Origin: Camelus dromedarius
Taxonomy: Eukaryota
Assembly: GCF_036321535.1 (NCBI RefSeq)
Contig: NC_087446.1
Coordinates: forward strand, 2,976,001 to 3,040,000
Direction: 5' to 3'
DNA length: 64,000 bases
Part shown: one piece after another, positions 38,546-50,110 of the stretch
Numbering within the stretch: position 1 is the stretch's first letter
Layout: every line of letters begins with the position of its first letter
Notes under the pieces: generated by a model
The model's input: the letters and a program-made list of their open reading frames with translations, nothing else
Told to the model about the DNA's origin: nothing
Databases searched by the model: none
Program-made: the position numbers and the translations under genes

Positions 38546-40138
38546 CTGGAAGAGGAGACACACAAAATCTGATTATCACCCAAGTTGATGTTATTTCCAA
38601 ATTATAAAGTTACTCAATGGCACACACAAAATATGCTGTCTTTAACATCTCTACCTTAAAATGTAGAAGAAAATGATTTATTTCCATCAATTTCTATCAT
38701 GGTGATTTCCACGTAAGGAAAACACATGAGCAATATTCTGTAGGTCTGCCAGGCAACGTCCTCAAACCCAGGACGAGCCGGGCCGCTCACAGCCCAGCTG
38801 AGTGTGCTCCATGGCGCTAATTCTAGACGCGAGCACCGAGACGCACGTCATTACCCAGGAGTTCAAGCTCTCCTGTCTTCACTGATGCCGACACAGAGGT
38901 CTACCCTCGCTGAGCAGATGAAAATGGATCATCTAGTCTCACCTCACCTGTCCTGTCAGTGGGTGGGGAGGGACAGGGAGAGATGACACAACCCTTACTG
39001 GTCAGTTCCTGTAAATTACAAGCAGGTTGGGTCATACCAACTACGAGTGCTATTTAAATCAGAACTGCGGATAAAGTAGGGCGAAAACACTCAGCTGCCA
39101 ACACGCCCAATATAGAAGTCAATCTGGTGAAAGATTCCTGGAGAAAACCTAAGGGAACGAGCACTTCCACAGCTCTGGGCCCCTGCGGGCAAGGGCTTCA
39201 CACGCCCGCCCACACACTGCAGCTCCCGACCCCCGTGATCCCGCCGTGGACAGCAGAGAAATGCACAACCCCCCGGAAGCCACCGGCAGTCTGTCTCGAC
39301 CCTTAGCAGAGACGGGATCAGAAACTAGTGAAAATGGTGCCGACGCCCTGAACCGACATCAAAGCCGACCTCCCAACACCTAACGTGCCAGAACTTCTCT
39401 TTGCTGAACACACGCCGCGCACAGAGTCAGGGCTGGGGCTTCACGTGGCCTCCTAAGGCCCACGGGAACACTGAAGGGACGTGTTTTCCCCTCAGTTTGT
39501 AAAGATACAGGAACAACCCAAATTCTTAGTCGCCACTAGCAGTCAGGATTCCAAATCAGGTCAGTTTCATTCAAGAGCTCAGACTATTCACGTCTGTGCA
39601 CAAGATGCACACCGTGCGGCCTGGCCTGCAGTCCGAGTCCACGCAGCAAACAGCATTTGAAGAGGGTTTAGTCCTAAGAGCAGGCAGTCGAATGCCTCCC
39701 CCCATAGCCTCCCAGGCTCTCTCCCCTTCACCACCAGATGGCACCCTTGGCTTGCTGAGATTAAAGTAGCCTGACCTTAAACCCATTTGAGGGCGCAGAT
39801 TTACACACACCCAGGAGTTACACGGGTCCCGTGCCCTACACCATCTAGAACAGCCCGATTTTAAAAACCTGTGTCTGGTTCCATTTCCATGGAGGCTGGT
39901 CCCAGCGTCTCTCTGGGTTCTCTGGCACCTTGAGCACGTGTCCCCTTTGTGACTGCTCGTCCCACCCTAAGACCGCCCGTCTGAGTGCCTCTCCTCAGGA
40001 GAGGAAGCACTTTGGGTCTGGGGATCGGACAAGCTCTCTGCCCCAGACCCCCACAAGCCTTCTGGAAACTTCTGCCGAGCTAAGTGGTTCTGTGAAGATG
40101 GTCTGTCAGGAGCGGTCAGCATTCGGGGCCAGCCTTAC

Positions 40139-40265
40139 CTTTGCCGGCTGCTGGGGAGGCACACACGCTGGAGATCACACCCGAAAACGACCCCGCAGAG
40201 GAGGCCTTCCCTGCGAGGCTGCCAGCACACCCAGGCGGTCTCAGCACGGTCTTCTTCGGCCCCAG
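40139..40265 (-). CDS. GTSE1: GTSE1 exon 6 (LGPKKTVLRPPGCAGSLAGKASSAGSFSGVISSVCASPAAGK)
   Basis: tttag/GTAAG boundaries, 127 nt, phase 0 to 1. Confidence 0.92.
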
Positions 40266-40394
40266 CTAAAACAAAGATTTCATTATCTACTCATTACGTA
40301 TTTCTGCAAAAGTGGGTTTTAATATTGCCTTTAATATTTTACAAAGTATCCTAATAACTAGTTTATTTCAATAGAATTTTGTAAAGATGATCTA

Positions 40395-40555
40395 AAAAAC
40401 AAAGACATACCATCTTCTTGGATTGGAAGACTCAATATTGTAAAAAACGTCTATTATCCCTAATTGTATTGGTAAATACATTAAATGTACTCGCAATCAA
40501 AATCCTAAAAAAAAAAATGTTTACAAAGTATCATCTGGAATTTAAAGGTCAAGCC
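40395..40555 (+). mobile_element. Short L1 ORF2 fragment
   Basis: aaagacataccatcttcttggattggaagactcaatattgtaaaa corresponds to the L1 KDIPCSWIGRINIVK motif. Confidence 0.75.
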
Positions 40556-41026
40556 GTACTTCCCCGCGCAGCCTTCAGAGCCCTGCACGGAAACCCCTGG
40601 GAGCTTGCTGAGCCGCAGGCTTGGGGCCTCGCCCACACCTGCGGGGTCGGTAGCTGCGGGGCCCAGCTGTGGCCACCTTAAGTCCCACCAGCGATTAGGC
40701 AATTTTTCCAAGTACGCACGGCTCAGTCTGACCATCGCCGCTGGAAAACAAATGGCAGAGACGTGGACGGCAGTCCCCGCGCCTGTGAGGAGCTGTGGTT
40801 TTCACAGCGTGGTCCACGTCCCATCTCCTCCGCCCGGTGAGGGGAGCAGGGAGCATCTCCGCCGTCAGACCCCTCACGCAGGCCAGGCCTGCGTGCACTT
40901 CGCCGAGCTGCCTCTCCTGGGTCCTGTTTTCTACCTTCCCGACCTTGACTTTCATCAGAGGACACGTCCCACGTATACAAAGCTGCCCTTTCTCCCTGCC
41001 ACCACCTACAGGCCTGGCCAACCCAC

Positions 41027-41197
41027 CTTGTTTGGAACTGGGAGCGAGCGCTTGCCTTGGACCAAGTGGCTCCCACCAGCTGGCAGGCTGGTGACGTCGC
41101 GGGCAGCACTGGGCTTGTCAGGGGGCACGTGGCTGTGGGATTCCTTCTCACTTAGGGTCTTCATCCTGGAAGGACTGGCTGATTTCTCTTTCACGGG
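41027..41197 (-). CDS. GTSE1: GTSE1 exon 5 (PVKEKSASPSRMKTLSEKESH...GKRSLPVPNK)
   Basis: cag/GTGGG boundaries, 171 nt. Confidence 0.94.
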
Positions 41198-41703
41198 CTG
41201 AAAAATTTTAAATTGAAACGTGAGAACCGTCTAGTCTTCAACAATGTACGGACACGCTAAGGCTTGGATTAGAGCAGCTGCAGGGACCGTCTACCTTCCC
41301 AATGCACGCGCCTCAGCTCATCAACGCTTCCTCCCACAAATGACCAGACAAAAATGATGACGGCGTCCGCTTCCTCATTAAAAACAGGGTGAAATAGTAC
41401 CGAGACAGATCCCTGGTAGGAGAGCGAGCCTCTGGAGCTGATGCACACAAGTCCACTGCCACTCCCCAGGACAGCTCACCCACTGCATGCCCGGCAGGAA
41501 GCCACGTAACCAAGCCACCCCAGCCCAAGTCCACGCCCCCACCCCAGCTGTCGCTGCTCTTCCTGGACTTTCCCCTCCTCTGGCCCCGGGGCCCTCCGAG
41601 CAGCTATTTCCAAGTTTCCCCCATCGTGGTTTCTGCCATAACCGAGAGGGCTCAGAACAAAGGAGCGGCTGGTCCCCTAGATAAAGGCGCTCGTGTGTGG
41701 TAC

Positions 41704-42328
41704 CTTCTCCACGGCCAAGGGGATGCTTTTTCCTCTAAGAGACGAGGTGCGGGGTGGCGGCAATTTGCTGGGGACCTTATTCTGAGTCACGGCCTGGTTC
41801 GGAGGGTGAGCAGTACTCGGTTCCACTGACAAAGAAGAGCTCGGAGCGGGAGGTGGCCCCTGCGTCTGGGTGAGGCTGGCCCGGGCAGGAGCCACCTGCA
41901 GGGCCACGGCCGAGGTGGGCTGGGGGCCCGAGGGTGGCAGACCCCGCAAGGGGCTGTCTGGCAGGTAGTACGTCTCCCTCTTAAGTGACTTTGGGCTTTT
42001 CTTTGTTTCATTTTCTTTCTCAAAGAGGTGTATTTTTAATTGTGATTCTTGTATGAACCCTTCCCCTCCCTGGCTCCTGGGGTCTTCCTGCCTGGCAGCT
42101 GGGGCTGCCTTGTTTCTGCTGTGGCTTTGTATCTGTAAGGCCAGTAAGTGGGCTTCTTTATAAACTTCCACAAATTTTTCCCCAGTGAGAGGACTCCAAG
42201 TGAAGTGACTTTCAGATGCTGGCAAAAGAGGTTCTTCAGGAATTTGATTATTTAATTCTAAGCTGGCAGCAATACATCTTTCTTTATGTCCAATGGGGCC
42301 AAAAAAGACTTCATCATCTTCATTTGCA
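41704..42328 (-). CDS. GTSE1: GTSE1 exon 4 (ANEDDEVFFGPIGHKERCIAASL...WSPLTGEKFVEVYKEAHLLALQI...SIPLAVEK), conserved N-terminal domain
   Basis: cag/GTACC boundaries, 625 nt; the DEVFFGP and EKFVEVYKEAHLLAL motifs. Confidence 0.97.
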
Positions 42329-42415
42329 CTGTTTTAAAAGAAAAGGATTATCAATAACACTGGCATTTAAATGAAGGACTTTACCAAAGCAAAGGAAGGA
42401 AACTCATTCGTTTAC

Positions 42416-42473
42416 CTTGAAGAAGACAATGAAAGATCGAAGTCAAACTTTTCATCAGCCAAAAGAAGAACAT
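42416..42473 (-). CDS. GTSE1: GTSE1 exon 3 (DVLLLADEKFDFDLSLSS)
   Basis: cag/GTAAA boundaries, 58 nt, followed by an 87-nt intron. Confidence 0.96.
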
Positions 42474-44199
42474 CTGAGGGGGAGAAAAGTTACCCATTAT
42501 TTTAGGGGTGGGGCTGAGAGCACGAAAACAGTGCCAGTCTCTGTAGCTATCAAAACTGTTTTACAATTTCACTTCCAAAAGTGTGAAGGAGCTCTAGATT
42601 ACCTTAATTTTTCCATTTTCTTTTTAAAATAGTGTCAGCCATTCTGTGTTTGCTAAGCTGCCACCAAAGCCTAAGTCCTTATTTTTAAGCCCTTATTCTC
42701 AAGATATAATCTAAAACGCATTCACCAAGTCATTCAACTAGTTTTGCAAGACTAGGTAAGTCGTTTCCTGGTATAGAACATTTTCAAAAGACCCCCTGCC
42801 CCAGCTCCCCTAGGATTAAATTCCCCGCTTACAAACCACACCTGTTCCTCTTTCAAAGATAAATTCAGTATTATTCAAATGCACAGCAGGGGCTCCATAC
42901 ATACCTGTTGACTGTCTCTTCTTGGAGCCTGTCCTGAGCCCCCAGATAAAACTGCTGTCTGTACCAGCTGACTGCAGTGCTCTCACCAGCCCTGAGTGGT
43001 CATGAGCCTGACTCCCACTAACAGACCACACAGGCTCTGGGTTGGTGGGCCCCTCTGCTGGGACAGCTGCTCCCTCCTCTATCTCCCCCAGCCCAGCCCA
43101 CCCCACCCTTCCCCAGGGCCCCTGCGGCACCTGGACCTGCCCTCTGCCTTAGCATCGCTACTCTCTAAATGTCTCTTGACCGCCTGTAGCCCCAGCGAGG
43201 CCGTGAGCTCCTCTAAACTGAGTGCAGATGCCTGATGCTCTCCCAGATTCCCCGAGGCCAGCCAAGCTCAGGGCCTGGACACTCAGCAAGCGGCTATCAC
43301 GACGCAGCGGGCCGGCATTTCCACACTGCAGCGCACGTGCAGCGCTTTCACACGTCTTGTTTCGTCTGACCCTAATGGACACTGCAGCATGCTTGCCAAA
43401 CCGTAAAAACTTAAGTATACTAATAACCAAATTGGGTCCTAATTAGTCGTTTAATTATTCCTAATTATCTAACCAAGGAAAAGGTAGAAAGCACAATTAC
43501 ACAAAAGAAATAAAGAGAAATAACCAGAGAGAAGGAAATTAAATTATTCATGAGCTAGTTTGCTCAACTCTGTGCGTATAAACCCCAGACCTTGGTTGAT
43601 ATGGATAATTTTCTAGGAGATAGAATTTACCTTTTGTATTTAAATGATTAAAATTGATTTACTTACAAAACTGACTCCAGAAGAGACAAAAAAAATCTCA
43701 ATAGTTCAATTATCATAAAATAACTGGAGAAATTTATTAAAGAGCTATTCTCCCCCAAAAAAGCACAAGTCCCAGATAGTTTCATAGGATAATTCTATTA
43801 GATCTTTAAAGAATATATCAGTCCAAAACCATTTACGTTGTTCCAAAGGATGGAAAAAAGAAACCTTCCAACTTACTTCTATGAAGCAAGTATAACCATA
43901 CCCAAAACCTGTAAACTTTGCTCAATAAAGAAAACTACGGACTTGGCTTATGTCAGCACAAAAATCCTGAACAGGAATATCTGCAAACAGACCCCAGCAA
44001 CACATTTAAAGAACGAGCAACTCCATCATGACCTGTGAGGTTCAGCCAGGACTTCGGGACTGTAGGATAGTTTAGTTTTATACGATCTAGTAAGATAATC
44101 ATATGAAAGGGAAGCCATACAATCTGGTCTCCACATACACCAACAAGGCATGTGGCAAATGCAACATACATTGTTGTCTTCAAAAATGCTACATAAAAA

Positions 44200-44299
44200 T
44201 GAGGGCTGGGCATAGCTCAGTGGCAGAGCACTTGCTTAGCTTAGCATGCATGAGGTCCTGGGTTCAATCCCCTGTACCTCCATTAAAAAATAAATAAAT
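44200..44299 (+). mobile_element. tRNA-Ala-derived SINE with a perfect 18-bp target-site duplication
   Basis: aaaaatgctacataaaaa at 44182-44199 and 44300-44317; A and B boxes present; 5-nt duplication gcttagcttagc in the anticodon arm. Confidence 0.9.
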
Positions 44300-44414
44300 A
44301 AAAATGCTACATAAAAAGTAACAGACATATTTTATCATATAAGGAAGTATCCAAAATTAGACTTCATAGGATGCCATCAGAAGCACTCCTCGTAAACCCA
44401 GGAGCAAATACATT

Positions 44415-44815
44415 TTATCAGTTAGGATAGACTAACTCATGCTGAAGTAACAAAACAGTGGCCACATCTCAAGTGGCTTGTAACAACAAGGCTGATTTCT
44501 CACTCAAACTCTATGTCTGCTGAGGGTAGGCTGGGCCCCGTTCCATGTCCTTCTTCCTCCAGGACCCAGGCAGATGGAGCCTCCGCCACTGGAAACGCTG
44601 CTGGGCTTCACGGCAGAACAAAGGGGAAACAGCACATTCCACACTGCTTCTTTTAAAGGCCCACGAGTGACACACATCACAACGTCACCATTTCATTGGA
44701 CATATTTCAAGTCACCTGAGGCAAATCCAACTTCAAGTGGGCAGGGAAGTTCAATTCTACCATGTGCCCAGGAGAAGGAAAACAACGCGGAAATGCTGAT
44801 GGCCGCTATCTAAGC
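44415..44815. mobile_element. MLT1-type (MaLR) LTR remnant inside the L1
   Basis: tcagttaggatagactaactcatgctgaagtaacaaaac...gtggcttgtaacaacaaggctgatttctc matches the recalled old MLT1 terminus; far end approximate. Confidence 0.6.
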
Positions 44816-46589
44816 ATAAGGTACCAGAAGCCCGTGTCAGGCTTCATGGTAAACTAAAGAAGAAATTCCTTTAAAGGTGGGCACAGAGCTGTGACGTTCT
44901 GTCACACATCTTAACATTGTTCTGGATGCATAAACCAATTAGACAAAGGAAAGAATTTGGAGGTAAAATTACCATGGTGCACAGATGCTATGATTACAGA
45001 CACAAGAAAAATCAAGAAAATCAACTGAAAACGATTATAAATAGTGAGAGAATAAAAGCAAACGGCTGAGGACAAAATTAATACACAACGATCAACAGCT
45101 TTCATATCCACAAAGAACAGAAGATACAATGGAAGAAAAAACCTCATTCGCTGTAACAGCAAAACAACACAAAACACCCATGAACAAACCGAACAAGAAA
45201 TATGCGAGATGGATATAAAGAAAGCTTAGTATATCACGGAAGTAACACATCAAATAAAAGGGGGAAATGGATTATTTAATAAATGGTATTGAGATAAACT
45301 AGATGACCCTTTGGGGGGAAAAATAATACATATCTAAAGTTTGATCCATACCCCACACCATACCAGGACAAATTCTAAATAAGTCAAAGACTTAATTGAA
45401 AAAATGAAACCCTTAAGGAACAAGAAACCATGGGGAAATTATCTTCTAACCTGGAGTGCAGAGGTCTAAATATGACACCAAGCTGGAAGCCATGAAATAA
45501 AAGGTTGATTGTCCACAAGATAAGACATTTAAAATCTCCGCATGGCAAGAATCACCACGAGCAAAGTTAAAAGGAACAACAAGCAGGGAAGAGAACATTC
45601 GCGGCTCACATCACAAAGGGCTGTAAGAAATGACGAAAGAAGAACGGACAGAGGGTACGGACAGATAAAACGCACAGAAAATAAAACGAAATGTTCTTAA
45701 ACACAGGACAAGAAGTGCAGCCTCACCCAAAAATAAGAGAAATGGAAAAACTCTAAGATCCCCGAGCATTCCACTTTACGCCCGTAAGGCTGTAAGAAAT
45801 CACAAAGTCTGACACAGCGCAGGCAAGGCTGTGGGGAAAGAGAGCGCTCACACGCTGCCGGGGAAAGTGTCAATGACTACGGCCCCACACGGGTAACCTG
45901 GTGGGACCTACCAAACAAGAAACGCACATACCCCTGCTGCTGTCAAGTATCCCATGTTACGTATTGCAGCGGCAGCGTTTGTAACAGCAAGACACTGGAC
46001 ACAAACTAAATGTTCACAGACAGCAGATAAGACCACAGCACAAGCCCACAACAGAATGGAACCCTATATAGGCACAGAAAAGAACAGTAACACTCTTCAT
46101 ATAGTCACATACAAAGATCATCAAGATAAACTGGGTGCAAAAAACAAGGGGCAGGACAGAGTTCTCTGTGCTATAAAAGGGGACGCGTCTGACACCGTAT
46201 GCATGCTGGTTGACACTTGCACAAGTTAGGCCTGGAATGCCCTAGACGGATGAGATCAGTGGCCTTTGGAGGGGGGAACTGAGGGGCTGAGGGACAAAGT
46301 GGAAAGGGAGACAGACATTTCACTTTGTATGTGTCTGAACCTAGGAAGTCGATTTTGTAGGTCACTTCTAGAAACTTCCAACTGTCTGCTGTGGTGAAAG
46401 GAATCCTGGACCAAGAGTCAGGGGAAAAGCCTTCTATTCCAGGCCCCGCGATTGGCTCAGAGTGACCTGGCCTGGCTGACTGGTCCATTCTGCAGACATG
46501 TGCCATGTCCTCCACCAGGTGCCAGGCGGACGGGTGAAGGGCACTCCCTCGGGTGTGCACTGTCCGGTGGGAGCACTGGGTGGAAGGCA

Positions 46590-47700
46590 GTGTGGTGAGG
46601 CCCACGTGGAGGTGGGGCAACTTGGAGGAACTGGTCACGGCTGGAGGGGGTGGATCAGGAGGGTCAGCTCCCAGACAGGGTGCAAGACACGACAAGCTTT
46701 TGTTTCACCCAGAGTGTGACAGGAGCTACTGAAGGGTTTTAAACAGGAGAGTGTTATGCTCTAACCTTTGTTTTCAGAAGGTTACCCTGGTGGTGCGTAC
46801 AGTGTATCGGAAAAGAAGGAAGTGGTATCTATTAAAATTACAAGTGTATACGTCGGCCAAAGTGCAAAAAGCGCAAATAGGTGGAGGTGAGTTGATATGG
46901 CTGAGACCAGGCTGGTGGCTTGGGTGGAGGTACAAAGAGGTAAACGGATCCAAAGCATAATCTGAAGGTGGAACGAACAGTAACTGATGATTGAATGAAT
47001 GTGCAGCTTCACAACTTCCACAGCTGGGTGAATGGAGGGGCAAGTCACTTCCATCAGAAAGACAGAACTGGCTAGGAATGGGGTGGGGGGGGACCTGCTG
47101 AGTAAGAGGTGGGAGACATCCACCTGAAACGCCAGTTAGGCAGGTGAATACACAAATCCAGACCTTAGCGGAGAGGCTGCACTCAAGACAAAATGTGGGC
47201 ACCACCATAAAACAGAAGGGATTTACAGCCATGGGACTGTCTGGAGACCTGTGTGTGTGTGGCGGGGGGGGGGGGGGGGGTACAAAGAGACCCCCCCACC
47301 CCAGACCAGGTCCTGGGGAGATCAGCTTCAGAAGATGGGAGAGGAAGAGAAATCTTTAAAGAGATGGAGATACACCAGCCAGGGAGACAGAAGGAAAACC
47401 AAGATGCCTCAGAAGCCAAGCAAGGAAGTTTTCAGAAGGAGAGTTCAAAAGTTATTGAGAGGTTGATATCAGAGGACAGAAAAATGATAGATCTGGCAAC
47501 ACAGATATCCTCAGTGACTGATGAAAGCAGCTTGAGCCAAGTGTGAGGGCAGAGGGGGTGGGTAGGGGTTGAGCGGTGTGGAAAAAAAATAGCAAAACAA
47601 ATGGAGAAGACTCTTGAAGTCTGGCTCTGAATGAGGCACCAAGCAGTGGAGAGGGAGCGGAGAATAACAGGACGAGTCAGACAACAGGACGTATCTGTAT
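46590..47700 (-). mobile_element. L2 fragment(s) in GTSE1 intron 2
   Basis: Antisense L2 wording (ggagctactgaagggttttaaacaggagag, gagacatccacctgaaacgccagttaggcag, agaggacagaaaaatgatag); boundaries approximate. Confidence 0.55.
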
Positions 47701-48434
47701 GGCAGTGATGAGTGTGAGTTAACAGACCAGCAGAAAAATCACGTGACGGGAGGGTGACAGGGGTGACGGCCTCAGGAAGCAGCAATGAGGGTTCAGCACA
47801 CCCGGGGAAGGGACTTGAAACGGAGGAAGGAGGAGAGGGGTGGGGCAGCAAACACCTCCCCAGACACGATGAAGCAGCACCGAGGACTGGCAGCGTTAGG
47901 ACAGTTTCTGCAAAACGGAGACGTTAAGGATACCTAATACCTAGTCTACCCGCCTCACACGGGTGTTGTGGAGAACAAAGGATAAAAGCATGTCACCATG
48001 CTTTAGCAGAAAAAGAGGGCATGCCCTTTAACTCATCTTGTGAGGCTGTACCCTCCTCTCCACACTCAAACCAGACAGGGACAGAACAAGACAGCAGAGC
48101 TATAGGCCAGGCTCACTCACTAACATGATGGCAAAGATCCTAAACAAGGCTCAGCAGACAGAAACCAGCCACAACCCAAAAAAGGAAGCATCAAACTCAA
48201 TTCCACAAATACCTGAGTGCCTACTTCAGGCACTGAGGACACTGCAGTAAACAAAACGGGTAAGAATTCTCTGCTATAAAGGAAGTTAAAACTGCGGGTA
48301 AAGAGGAAATAAAGAAGTTAGACGGATGCAAACTCCTTGAAGACGGGGACCAGGAGTTTCACAGGAAACGAGCAGTAAGTCGCCCTGCATCTTCCCTGAG
48401 CTCCCCAAACAGAGCTGCAGTAACGAGGACGTAC

Positions 48435-48456
48435 CGTCCTTCTGGGGAACATCCAT
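48435..48456 (-). CDS. GTSE1: GTSE1 exon 2 coding part (MDVPQKD); the exon probably starts at 48533
   Basis: gagATGG strong-context ATG at 48456, G|GTACG donor, ccccctcctcctcgcag acceptor at 48534. The CDS sums to 2163 nt = 720 aa + stop. Confidence 0.88.
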
Positions 48457-48575
48457 CTCCTCTTCTCCGGCCTGGCTGGCTGAAGCAAGTCGCAGCCGCG
48501 TCCTCCTTCCACGGCGAGAGCTGTCAGAAGTCACTGCGAGGAGGAGGGGGCCGCAAGGTGAGCAGGTGTCGGCGC

Positions 48576-48609
48576 CCAGGCCCCGGGTCCCTCCAGGCCC
48601 CGGGTCCCT
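48576..48609. repeat. Exact 17-bp direct tandem repeat (ccaggccccgggtccct x2)
   Basis: Units 48576-48592 and 48593-48609 are identical. Confidence 0.95.
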
Positions 48610-48907
48610 CCAGCCCCAGGGGCGCCCGGCAGCGTGAGCCGCTGCAGCACCGACCGGGCAGAGCAAGGGAGGGAGAGGCCACCTGAGCTGCAGCCCGAGA
48701 CCCTCCGCGACCCTCCCAAGGCCCGCGCGCCTCCACGCTGGGAGCCCCTGAACGCCCGGACCCGGCAACGGAAAGCCCAGCTCCCGGGCTGGACTCCGGG
48801 GCTTTGGTTTGACCTCGGGGCGGCCCTGCCCGCGCTGCAGGCTCCACGCAGCCCGCGAGGGCACCCTGCGGCCCACCCCACGACCCCCCGGCCGCGCCCG
48901 CGCCACC

Positions 48908-48951
48908 GGGCCCCTCACCCCCAGCCGCCGGGCCCCTCACCCCCAGCCGCC
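48908..48951. repeat. Exact 22-bp direct tandem repeat (gggcccctcacccccagccgcc x2)
   Basis: Units 48908-48929 and 48930-48951 are identical; a partial third unit follows. Confidence 0.95.
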
Positions 48952-49756
48952 GCGACGCCCCAGCCGCCGCGCCTCCGCCCCTGGTTTAAACGCAGCGCGG
49001 CGGACGCAGTGCGGGCTACGGATTGGCCGGTTTGAAAGGCCTCCGCGCCCGGTGCATCCTGGGGGCTGTAGTCCGAGCGCCGGGAGGAGGCGCGCGGCGC
49101 GCTTACGCACTCGCTCCGCGCCCTGCGCCTGCCGGATGTCTGTCCGGGCCCTGGGGTGGGACGCGCGGTGTGGGGCTGGAGTTCTTAAAGCTCGTATGGT
49201 GTGTCCCCGCCCGCTCGGCATCAGGACAGCTACATACGGCAAGGGACGTGGTTCTGACCCCGGCCCTTCATCCTTAAATGGAGAAAATCAAATTCCTAGG
49301 GCATTGACCCGAAGACTAAACAAAGTAGGTGCACCTACCTGCTTTGTAAAGCATTACTTACTGGTCAGTTCTCAGCAGAGTAAGAAGAGCCGGGCCCTGT
49401 CCCGAGGAGCGCCCGGGTGACCCTGGGTGACCAGACACCGCGGTTTGTGCCCCTGGACCAGGAGAGTCTGTCTAGCCACGGGTGCCCTCTGCATTTCCCT
49501 TTTGGCTTGTCCTGGCATCCCTGATGTCTTGTTTCTATTTAGGGGCTCCCTCTGCAGCCTTCCGCCTGGCTCTTTGCCCCCAACTACGCCCACTGCTTTC
49601 TGATGTGCTGGTCCCTCCCTTCCCCCATCCTCCCTTTTCCACCTGAGCCTCTATCCACAGGCTCCCTTCCAAGTTCCATCATCTTTTGCTCTGGTTTCTG
49701 CTTAACTGGAGGAAATGGGGCCAGACAGACCCAGCTGCAAATCTCAGCTGCAGGTA

Positions 49757-50110
49757 TCAGTCAAGAACCTTTGGGTTGCAAGTAACAGAAAACCAGCTTC
49801 AAGTTGGCTTTAGAAAAAGGAATTTATTGGCTCGAGGAACAGGGACATCCAGAAGTGGCCCTAGCTTCAGGACTGGATAGAGAGAGGGGCTTGAAGGAGG
49901 GTGCTGGGTCGGACTGTCTCTCGGTGGCCTCTCTGGGGTCTTGCTCAGCTTCAGGCAGGTGGCCTTTGTTGGGCCCGCCGGCCTGAGAGCTCCAGGCGTC
50001 CCTCTGCTGGCAAGGACCTCCTGAAGATGGTGGTCGGCTTGGTGTTGCCTGTGCTCCATCCATGGTTCCAAGGCCCAGACTTGCCTGACTCATAACCACA
50101 GGGCAGCTGC
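49757..50110. mobile_element. Old MLT1-type LTR remnant between TTC38 and GTSE1
   Basis: tcagtcaagaacctttgggttgcaagtaacagaaacc...aaaaggaatttattggctc motif; far end uncertain. Confidence 0.55.

Larger units (their letters stand above)
43640..46170 (+). mobile_element. Decayed L1 ORF2/3' region, interrupted by a SINE and an MLT1 LTR
   Basis: The ORF at 43838-44038 (LPTYFYEASITIPK...KILN) resembles the L1 ORF2p segment LPNSFYEASIxLIPKP...AKILNK; A-rich sense strand; many frameshifts. Confidence 0.75.
48480..49290. promoter_or_regulatory. GTSE1: CpG-island promoter of GTSE1 with a CCAAT box (49022-49026, - strand) and CHR-type hexamers TTTAAA (48985-48990) and TTTGAA (49031-49036); non-coding exon 1 is probably near 48940-49000
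   Basis: Motifs read directly. CCAAT plus CHR is the established architecture of DREAM/MMB-regulated G2/M genes. The TSS is inferred, not seen. Confidence 0.75.

Noticed and set aside
41354-41441. ATGATGA...CTGA box pair in GTSE1 intron 4
   Set aside because: Antisense to the host transcript and lacks a terminal stem.
47263-47280. Long G or C homopolymers (also 2162-2176)
   Set aside because: Simple mononucleotide runs whose length is unreliable in assemblies; no further structure.
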